The notes under the pieces are model-generated. The model was not told the DNA's origin. It saw only the letters and a list, made by a program, of their open reading frames with translations, and did no database searches. From Lama guanicoe (taxonomy: Eukaryota), in NCBI GenBank assembly GCA_013239625.1, contig MU054391.1, forward strand, positions 9,703,429 to 9,723,428: a stretch of 20,000 bases of DNA, in the 5' to 3' direction. The first letter of the stretch is position 1, and each line of letters begins with the position of its first letter. Shown here piece by piece: positions 11,486 through 20,000 of the stretch. The position numbers and the translations under genes are program-made.

Positions 11486-12036
11486 CATGACTATTAAGGC
11501 ACAAAGGAGCGCCTGGTCTGTCTAAAACAGAAGCTCAGTCACAGGATGAATACACAAATGTCTGGACAAATAATCGCTCCCAACCAGGAACAAAATGGAA
11601 GCACCAAGGCAGTCGGGAACTTGAGCAGGGGCACTTCTGATCCCCCGCCAGCTGGAGGCCCAGCTAAACGTCACGGCCCTCATCATCATCCTGACAACAC
11701 CTACTTCAAAGGTCACTGAGACATCACTGAGCATAAAGCACTCAGAATAGCTGGACTTAATCAATGTGAATGTCTAAACAGGCAAATGCAAGTAACAAGA
11801 CTACTGTTAGGTTATTTGCTTTTCTGATATCTGCAAATATTGTTGCCAAAAATGAAACCCAAGTTAAATAAAACATGCTTGAGATAAATCTGATGTTTCA
11901 AAGAAGTCCTAAAATTGCACTTGCATTAAGTCACTCTCCTCATTCCAGGCAAACTGTTTCCTTCTCCGTGTCTCACGAAGGGCTGGTCTGTCTACAAAAC
12001 CCACAAGCCAAGTGACACAGCATCACTAATACTTAC

Positions 12037-12175
12037 TGCAGGGACCCTGTCTCCGCCATTAGTGACCTGCTTATAATAAGGCGATCCTGAAAGAACTCTC
12101 CAGGCTGAAAGTCCACAGCTAGCAGCTTTTGATATGCCCACTTCAGCAGTTTCACATCCACCGACCAATAAAAGT
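12037..12175 (-). CDS. NBAS: NBAS internal coding exon (139 nt, likely exon 10): (R)LLLVGGCETAEVGISKAASCGLSAWRVLSGSPYYKQVTNGGDRVPA
   Basis: On the minus strand, acceptor ...tttatctttcccctttttag| (AG at 12177-12176) and donor GCA|gtaagt (GT at 12036-12035). Length is 1 nt plus 46 codons. The peptide lies inside ORF 11992..12207 and matches recalled human NBAS RLLLVGGCETAEVGMSKASSCGLSAWRVLSGSPYYKQVTNGGDGVTA. Confidence 0.96.
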
Positions 12176-13590
12176 CTAAAAAGGGGAAAGATAAAAAGAA
12201 TTGACAAATTACAAACATGAACAAGACAGCATCAAAACAAAGAGAGCAGAAACAGGCGTCTTCACAAGGAAAACTGAAACAAAGGTATGATGGACCAATC
12301 CTAGAAGGTTAAGTATTTAAGAGGAAACAAACAACAGAAAACCAGATGCTTTTTCAACTAGAATTTCACCTTCACTAACACAGAGGTCAGGTGTAAAACA
12401 TCCCAACACCTGACGCCCAGATGGGAACTTAGAAACGAGAGAAACTATTTTAAGGTTGGCTGCTGAGTATCTAAGAAACTTTATCCATGTCAATAAACTT
12501 TGACAAACAGAAGTGTCACCTCACACAGACACCTATGTGTTCACTACAGCAGCACATCAGAGGCAAGGAGGATACAATTCCAGATGTTGGGAAGCAATGA
12601 CAGCTGGGAACGCAGCAGCTGGACAGAACTGAACAGAAATACCACTGCGATCAGACTGGGCAGTAGCTCAGTGGCACATGACGACCGGTTCACTTTTCTG
12701 TTTGTTCCACTTCTTCAGCACTTAGAGGCCAGTTACCAACAGGGCTAACAGCCTAACAGGTCCTGTAAGTTAAAAGACTACGTGACCACACACGAACTAA
12801 GCTGATTCAGAATGGAACCCAACAGTTATGAGTTTTAAAGTTACGTTCAGTCAATCTGGCAGGGAACCGTCTAACAGACATCACAGTCACCTAAAAGAGA
12901 AAAAAGTTTGAAAGTAAAACTTGGTATTACAGGAAACACCTGTTGTTCCCAGTTACACTAAGGCAATAGAGAAATGGGAGAAGCTACACATTTTTCAATA
13001 TCTCAGTAAAAAAAAAAGAAAAAAGCCCCTCCCCGATGCTTGGGAAAGCCCCTGCTGCCTGAGAGAGAAAGACTTAGGACAGAGGTCTCCTCGGTCGCGT
13101 CCACACAATCTGCCCCCAGCACGAACCCAAATGACAGAAAACAACATCAAGCTCCCTTGCCAGCACAATGTACATAATGCCTGCCAACACCAGGCCCCCA
13201 CGGTGTCAACAAAAGGATGCACTTCATCACATGACAAATTAGTATTTACCTTTTTCAATACCATGGTCATAGATCAATCAGAACTTTACAAATTTTTAGC
13301 CTCCACATAAAAATTTTAGTTTCTGTGCAGAAATTGAAAGGTAAAGGAAAATGACACTTCATGACACTATTTAGAGCTGGCACATCAAAAGACTGACTCG
13401 GTTTTCTGGTGATGTTAGCCAATAACTCTTCAATGTTACATAATTAAAGTAGCTCATGACGGGGCACCATGAGCTCCCAACACTGCCCTTCAGGACCTTT
13501 GCAGAAGGGTATGCCCACAGGCAGTCCAAAAGGGCTCGGCACGTTTGTGCAAAATGCAACACCTGCCCTCTGCTAACACTGCTTACCTCG

Positions 13591-14063
13591 TGGGGAAGGC
13601 AGAATAATGGCTCTCCAAAAATACCCATGTCCTGATCCCTAGAACTTGTGACCACGTGATATTCCATGGATTTAAGGTTGTTAATCAAACGACCTTAAAA
13701 CAGGGAGATTATCCTGGATTATCCGGGTGGCTCGAAGAACCACCAGGGTCATTAAAAGTGGAGGAGGGAAGCATGAATGTCAGTATCAGAGCCCTGTGAT
13801 GTGAGAAAGGCCTGCCCAGTGACGCTGCCTTTGAAGACAGAAGGGGCCACGAGCCAGGGAAGCCGGGCTGCTCTAGAAGCTGGAAACAGCAAGAAAACAC
13901 TGTCCCCCGGGGCCTCCAGAAAGGACGCACCTGCTGACACCTTGATTTGAGCTCAGTGAGACCCATTCCGGACTTCTCACCTCGAGAACTTCAAGATAAC
14001 AAACTTGTTTTAAGCCACTGAATTGGTGGTAATCTGTCAGAGCAACCACAGAAAGCTAACACA
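13591..14063 (+). mobile_element. Solo MLT1 (ERVL-MaLR, MLT1D-like) LTR
   Basis: Starts tg..ggcagaataatggc, contains gggagattatcctggattatccgggtgg, gccacgagccaggga, ctctagaagctgga, cctgctgacaccttgattt and ttttaagccact, and ends ctaacaca. Confidence 0.92.
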
Positions 14064-14150
14064 CACTGTGTTCCTTTCCCAGCCCCGGATTTCAGACGAC
14101 CTGCCAGACTAATTCCACCAACTGCTCATCTGACCAACTTTCTAACATCC

Positions 14151-14225
14151 TTTTTTTCCCCCAGTTTTATTGGATATAACTGACAACAGCACTGTCTAAG
14201 TTAAGGTTTCCAGCATAATAATCTC
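14151..14225 (-). mobile_element. Very short L1MA-type 3' end
   Basis: tttttttcccccagttttattggatataactgaca...actgtctaagttaagg...cagcataat. Confidence 0.6.
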
Positions 14226-14455
14226 TTCTTCTATACAGTTTGTTTTTGAGGCATAAATGACCCACTATGCAGTTCCTGTTCCAAACTAGGCTACCAATAA
14301 AAAACCGACAATAATTTTTAAAAACCGGATGTCTACATATACTCTCGGTCATAAAACTTTCCAAACGGCATAAAATCTTTCTAGGTTTAGCCAGAGAGCT
14401 TAGGCCAGTTCACAGTCTCAAAAGTCATTAAGTATACTTCAATTAAAAAAAAATC

Positions 14456-14648
14456 ATAGATAAACAACAAGGACCTACTGTAGAGCACAGGGAACTATAA
14501 TCAAATCTTGTAAGAATCCATAATGGAAAAGAATCTGAAAAAGAATATATGTAAGTATAAATGAATCACCTTACTGTACACCCGAAACTAACACAGCACT
14601 GCACATCAACCATACCTGAATTTTAAAAAATTTTATATACCAAAAAAA
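14456..14648 (+). mobile_element. Cetartiodactyl-type L1 3'UTR terminus (5'-truncated)
   Basis: atagataaacaacaaggacctactgtagagcacagggaactat...taatggaaaagaatctgaaaaagaatat...gaaactaacacagcactg. Homologous to 18435-18610. Confidence 0.9.
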
Positions 14649-15239
14649 TTCATAAAATATTGTAACTGTGCTTTATTCACAAACACAACTTGAACCTTCA
14701 CTCAAAGCCTTTTTCCTACTGCTTTTATATACCGTCTAACAAGTTTTCATCACAGCAGATCAGAAACAATGAACTTTGAGAAGATGGCTTGAAGCAACCC
14801 GCTGGGCTATTTCCACCCTAGGCCAGTCCTCAAAGCTAACACAGAATTAATCCTGTTCACCAGGGCAAAAGAGATCTGAGCCCAAAGTCAAGCTAGCAGG
14901 ACAAGTGTTACTTGCCTATAGCAATAATTCTGTTCAAATGATTCTTTTACTCTAAAATAATTTCTCCCAAAAAAGTCTATCTAACACAAGATAAAATCAT
15001 ATTATTCCTCTGGCTCTAACTACCAGTTTAAAGAAAATACAGCTGAAAAGAGAAAAACAGTTCAAACAATACAACAAAGATGCCATCTAAGCAATGGGAA
15101 ATCGAAAAAAATCTAGACAATAGGAAACTACAGAATCAATGATATGGCTTCCTCAGAACACACAACGTGTTCTCTCTCTCTCTCTCCCCCTCCCCTCTCC
15201 ATCCCTCTGAGTAAAAGATGGAGAAAGGAGGAGAGAATG

Positions 15240-15570
15240 GAGTACAGATCAACCAGTTAAGAGGGAACACAGTCTGGAAACTTGAAGATACTGATAAATT
15301 ATTATTAGTGATGTTCATATATGATAACGGTCTCATGTTTATGTTTTTTCAGAGTCCTTATTTTTTAGAAATACACGCTGAGATATTCAGATGAAATTAC
15401 ATGCTGTCCAGGATTTGCTTCACAAAACTCTGGGCACAGGAGGGGAGGAACAGCTGAGGCTGGAGATGAAATGAGCTTGGCCGTGAGCTGACTGTCAACC
15501 GAAAGGCAGGCACGGGGGAGTCAGTGTACTCTTCTGTGAACATGCTTCAGATGTTCCATAAGGAACTTTT
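15240..15570 (+). mobile_element. L1ME-like 3'UTR fragment
   Basis: tgataacggt...gagtccttattttttagaaatacacgctgagatattcagatgaaattacatgctgtccaggatttgcttca...gttccataa. Confidence 0.75.
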
Positions 15571-15814
15571 TATTCAAAAGTCAATTTGTTTGGAAAAACC
15601 CCTCTGAATAAACAGAAACAAAACAACTAATTTTGAATATCTACATTTCTGAATTTAGTCACAGCATTTTCTCAAATAGAAAACATGTGATTCTCATAAA
15701 ACGTATCTTTAAAAATCAGAAGCCTATCGTTATAATAAAAACAAAACACTGCTGGAGAATTCAATAAATCCCTAAAAGGCCAGGATACAGCAGATTCCTA
15801 ATAAGCGAAATAAT

Positions 15815-16060
15815 TTTCCTCTACTCAGTGTGCAACACTGAGCATATGTAACCATATCTATATTTATAGCAACCACGTAATTCTTTCTCAAGGATTTGAG
15901 CATTACTAGTTAATCTGCACGACTATGTCATAGAGAGGACAGATGTCATTATCTAATTTTCAGATTAAAAAATATATGTATAAAACTTTACATTGCCTGA
16001 TTACTGAAGAAGAGCTAATTGAGAGTTCAGATTCTTCTTATCTCCTGGCCTTGATCCCAG
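15815..16060 (-). mobile_element. Degraded MIR
   Basis: ttaatctgcacgacta...gtcattatctaattttcagattaaaaaa...ttgcctgattactgaa...agagctaatt. Confidence 0.45.
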
Positions 16061-16384
16061 AAGACACTTCCTCCCTGTGAAGTCTAAGAAACACGGCCAC
16101 ACATAGATCAAACTGGCTACGACAAGATAAGCTCCATTAAAAATAAAAGAGATTCAGTAACTGCTTCTAAAACAGCCTTTCCTCCATCCATGCCAGACTG
16201 AGGAGTAAGTGGACAAGAGGCAGACTGATGGAACTCATCACGTGCTGTTCCCACCAGATGGTATGGCAGCTTCAGGACAGGGATGCCCCAGCGACAAGAA
16301 CGCCCGTGTGTTCACCGAGACAAGCAGACCTGTGTGCGTTCGTGTGTTTACAGGGAGGGGAACTGAGATGACTTCATCAGCGTG

Positions 16385-16505
16385 TTCACAAAACAGGTAA
16401 CCAGCAGCTACTGTGTGCCAGGCAACGTGCAGGCACTGAGTAGACGGAGATGAACAAGGTATTCTCTCGGCATTCAAAAGGCTTGCTCTCTGAGGGCACA
16501 TGGAA
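16385..16505 (-). mobile_element. L2 3' end fragment
   Basis: ctactgtgtgccaggcaacgtgcaggcactgag...gagatgaacaagg...cattcaaaaggctt. Confidence 0.7.
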
Positions 16506-17139
16506 AGGAAGACCAGACCAGAGCCCAGGAGTAAATGGTTCAGAAGGAAAACAACCACAGCTGGAGACGACAACCCCGCCCACGTCCACCGAAAGGTCGT
16601 CTCTGTTGTACACGCCAAGGGGCGTCAGCCCCAATTCAAGATGTTAACTGGGTCCACCACTTTATTGTTTTACACGACTCAGTGCTGACTGGGGCTCATC
16701 TACAAGTGATTAAGGGGGAAAAAGCAGCTTAGCAGTGATGCCTGGCCTAGTAAATAAACCTTCTCCATCACGATCACAGTGTTAGAAGTAGGCTTCCCAG
16801 GCAACCCCAGCCAGAGTGAAGTGAAACCATGCAACTGAGATGCAAACAGTCAATGGGAAAGAGTGCAGTCTGAGGCCCAGCACAGGATACACAACAAATG
16901 CTCTCTGAGCGACTGAGTGAATTTAAATCTCCAACTTTCCCCTCAGGTAGCACGGAGAGAAAGGTGCCACAGACACCACCTTCCCCTTGCCCGCCCTCAT
17001 TCTCACTAGGTTTCAGCAGTAAGACGTGAGAAGATGAGGCAAGGAGAAGGGAGGGAATCAGGGATGAGGAGTCACCAACTGACAAAGAGGGCACCCGGCC
17101 GTGCTAAGGGGGGAATCTGGAAAAAAGAAGCATCAGGGT

Positions 17140-18265
17140 GAGAATTTCAAAATGTTCCTGAAAGACATTAAGAGTTATAAATAAAGACAGAGATACCACG
17201 CTTTTTGACAGACTCTCAATAACATGAAGAAGCCAATTCTTCTTGATTAATATATGAACTGAATGAAATTTCAAACAAAATCCCAACAGAACTTCTTATG
17301 GGACGGAACACACTGATGTGACAGAACTAAACAAATATGAAGTTCACACGCAAGGGCAGAGCTCTACAAAGGTCCAACTCAACTCACACTTGATAAAGGA
17401 TAATCTATTCCTTTATGATTTGTGCTTTGTGCATCTTGACCTGTTAAAAACTTTCCTACCTCACTGTCAAGACATTTTCCTTCAAATTTGACCATGTTAA
17501 AATCTAAAACTTCTATTTGTGAAGTAAAAAATCATACACCAGGAGACATTATTTATAACATATAAAAACTAACAGAGCATACAGTTTAGCAGACAGAATC
17601 TATAAAGATCTCCTACAACCAGTCCAAAAGAAAAATGGACAAAGAATAAGCCAGCCACAAAATGAAAAACACAAAAGCCAGTAATACAGATTAAAGCAAC
17701 ACAGATTTATACCAACCACCCTCCAGAAAGTTTAAGGACACAGTAACTCTTATAAAGTACTAGTGAGACTGGAGCCATCATTTTAGAGAATCAAATGACA
17801 ACATCTAACAAATGCACACCCGTAACAACCCCCCAAATTCTGTTCAAAGAAAACTCTAGGGAAATTCTTGCACAGGTATATTTATCTCTTGGTAAATGCA
17901 GCACTATTTATAACGCAGAAAAATTAAAATATTTTAAATATTTAAAAGGGACAGATAAATAAATTCAATAAATTGTTCAGGGAAACATATACAGTGCAGA
18001 GAGAACGAATATAAAAACACACATTGGAAAGTCACCAAAATCATGCGAACAGGTGCCTCTAGAAAGGGGAAGTGAGATAAAGGGATGGAAGCAGGAAATT
18101 TTGTTTGTACTATGGTCTCTCTCTTATTTACATGTTTGCATGTATCTACACACACACAAACACACACCCCCTTAAGTGAAAAACGACAACCTTAATGTTT
18201 GTTAATAATGAGTAGTAGGCACTTAGGTGTTATGCCATTCCCGATACTCTTCTCTCTTTTTTTAA
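17140..18265 (+). mobile_element. Highly degraded, fragmented ancient L1 (L1ME-like) ORF2 and 3'UTR
   Basis: aaagacattaa...aaataaa, agactctcaat, caattcttc..attaatatat, caaaatcccaacagaactt, aaatttgaccatgttaaaatctaaaacttct, gaatctataaagatctcctacaa, aaaatggacaaaga, gaaattcttgcaca, gcagcactatttataa. Confidence 0.7.
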
Positions 18266-18296
18266 CTTAAGGAGGAACATCAAGATACAGTATCCC

Positions 18297-18619
18297 TGGT
18301 CTGTGAGTCTATTTCCGGTTTGTATACAGCTCACAGACAGACAGAAAACAAACCGCAGTTACCCAAGGGAAAAGGAGCCAGGAGGGATAAATTAGGAGTT
18401 TGGGATTAACATATACACACTACTGTATATAAAACAGACAAACAGCAAGTACCTACTGTGTAGCACAGGGAACTATATTCAATGTCTTGTAATAACCTAT
18501 AATGGAAAAGAATCTGAAAAAAAAATATATATATGTATATGTATAACTGAATCACTCTGCTATACACCTGAAACTAACACAACATTGTAAATCAACTATA
18601 CTTCAATAAAAATTTTTAA
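18297..18619 (+). mobile_element. Young cetartiodactyl-type L1 3' end with 5' inversion and 15-bp TSD
   Basis: gggataaattaggagtttgggattaacatatacacactactg...cctgaaactaacacaacattgtaaatcaactatacttcaataaaaa. TSD aagatacagtatccc (18282-18296) and aagatagagtatccc (18620-18634). Confidence 0.93.
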
Positions 18620-19170
18620 AAGATAGAGTATCCCAAATTATGTACATAAATTTGTCCACTTAATGAAGTCCAGGAGAAAAATTCGGTGAATTGGTTTCAA
18701 CTTTTAGCATCAACCCACAAGTCTAGTGAAATACTGAAAATGAAATTAGCGTATCATTTGCTTTGCGACATTTTGAAGGTGTTTGTAAGTTAATAGTTAC
18801 ATCTAGAGCATTCTGTGATTTACTACTGAAAGGACTGTTAGATTTTTGCAAAAATTAAGACCACAAACAGACAATACTGTAGAAAATAATTTTTAAAATC
18901 AATGTTATTTTATGCTGCAGCAAGTTCCTCCACCCAGAACTTTTACACACAGTGGTAACCATAACCTTAAATACACAGAGCATTGGCCTCTTAACTACTT
19001 ACTTTCAGAATCACATTTTGAGGCAAGTAATTGTTTTTAAATTATTCTACAAAGATACAAAGCAATACAGAATTTCTAGTGTACAAATTAAATTCTGAAG
19101 ACTAAAGCATATGATGTGTAGGAATTAAAATTTAACTTCTCCTTAACAAAAACACAAAAGAGAGAACGAG

Positions 19171-20000
19171 AAAGAGATTAACTTTCTCAATGATCTTCAA
19201 CCTCAGAATTGTGTGGAAAAGAAGAGAACCGTGGGCCTAGGAGTCAGAGGTATCAGGCTCATGTACCTCTGCAACAAAGTAACCACGTATTATTAGTTTC
19301 CTTCACCATCAATATTTATAAACGTAAAGTTCGCTAAGCAGTGAGGAAATGTATGAGGCAGCTCAAAAGCCTACTTACTAAACCACGTCTCATTCTCAGA
19401 TTCACCCGCAGGGTCGTGGCAAGCCCTCCCAGGGCATCAGTACCGACCACGGTGCGAGGCTGGGGGGCACGCGCTCTGTCCCTCCCTCCTTTCTCAGATA
19501 GCCGTGGACACACACTCAGGCATGGGAATGATGATGGCACCGTCCACTCCAGGGGAAAGGACAAGCCAGCACAGACCACTCCTGCAGGGACCTCCTCAGT
19601 GACCCTCGAGTTAGGTACAGAAACAGCCTAAGGGATAAATTAACTGCATGGAGGAAGAGGTCAAGGAAGGCTTCAAAGGGTAACATGAGAGAAGGGTTTA
19701 TTCTTTAAACAACTTCCCAGAAGGAGAGAGGGATCAGGTAAAGAGACTTCTCGGCCAAGGGGACAGGATGTACCAGAGCACCGAGATGAGTAAAAGAGAT
19801 TAACTTTCTCAATGATCTTCAACCTCAAAATTGTGTGGAAAAGAAGAGAACCGTGGGCCTAGGAGTCAGAGGTATCAGGGTCACGTACCTCTGCAACAAA
19901 GTAACCACGAATTATTAGTTTCCTTCACCATCAATGTTTATAAATGTAAATGTTCGCTAAGCAGTGAGGAAATGTATGAGGCAGCTCAAAAGCCTACTTA
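19171..20000. repeat. Tandem direct duplication, period ~622 bp; second copy runs off the window
   Basis: 19171-19377 aligns to 19793-20000 with 6 substitutions and one 1-bp indel by manual count (~97% identity). Confidence 0.95.
19600..19790 (-). mobile_element. Degraded L2-like fragment inside the duplicated unit
   Basis: gaggtcaaggaaggcttc...gtaacatgag...ccaaggggacaggatgtaccagagcaccgagatgag resembles antisense L2. Confidence 0.5.

Larger units (their letters stand above)
7270..12036 (-). other. NBAS: NBAS intron between the two exons (4767 nt, GT-AG, phase 0)
   Basis: Defined by the two exon boundaries. I recognised no other NBAS coding segment inside it. Confidence 0.9.

Noticed and set aside
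11513..11994. Shared 12-mer ctggtctgtcta at ~11513 and ~11983
   Set aside because: Similarity does not extend convincingly, and several 12-mer matches are expected by chance in 20 kb.
12033..12224. Overlapping minus-strand ORF 12033..12224 (and 7127..7345)
   Set aside because: Alternative frames overlapping the true NBAS exons. Only the other frame matches NBAS and splices in phase.
12921..13310. Longest ORFs (129 aa here; 126 aa at 16238..16618)
   Set aside because: No recognisable domain, no supporting exon structure, and lengths compatible with chance.
14456..18619. Similarity between 14456-14630 and 18435-18610 as a segmental duplication
   Set aside because: Independent insertions of the same L1 family with different flanks and TSDs.
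1..20000. Prokaryotic-type systems (CRISPR, operons), tRNA, rRNA or snoRNA genes, and further NBAS exons
   Set aside because: The DNA is mammalian intron. I saw no repeat-spacer array or recognisable RNA gene, and the flanking NBAS exon peptides (..HYPHGINTAIYHPGH and DGIFKMSLSPDG..) were not found, so they presumably lie outside the window.

Overview
Mammalian, AT-rich, repeat-rich intronic DNA from inside the NBAS gene, which is transcribed on the minus strand. Two coding exons are recognisable: 12037-12175 (139 nt) and 7201-7269 (69 nt). Both have canonical AG/GT boundaries and splice in frame to give ...LLLVGGCETAEVGISKAASCGLSAWRVLSGSPYYKQVTNGGDRVPA|VPKTLGLLRMLSVKFYSRQGQEQ, which matches the N-terminal region of NBAS as I recall it (probably exons 10 and 11). 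The rest is intron containing L1, HAL1, L2, MIR and an MLT1 (ERVL-MaLR) LTR. Two young L1 3' ends are of the cetartiodactyl type, and I saw no ruminant or pig SINEs, so a camelid or cetacean is a tentative guess. Nearly all listed ORFs are spurious or decayed L1. I found no convincing new biological system. The points worth a second look are small: a recent ~622-bp tandem duplication at the right edge, a ~60-bp polyadenylated micro-insertion with target-site duplication (TSD), a candidate LTR-derived poison exon, a twin-primed L1, an 18-bp hairpin, an internally deleted L1 and a possible reused L1 insertion site. Repeat family names come from memory of consensus sequences, and repeat boundaries are approximate.
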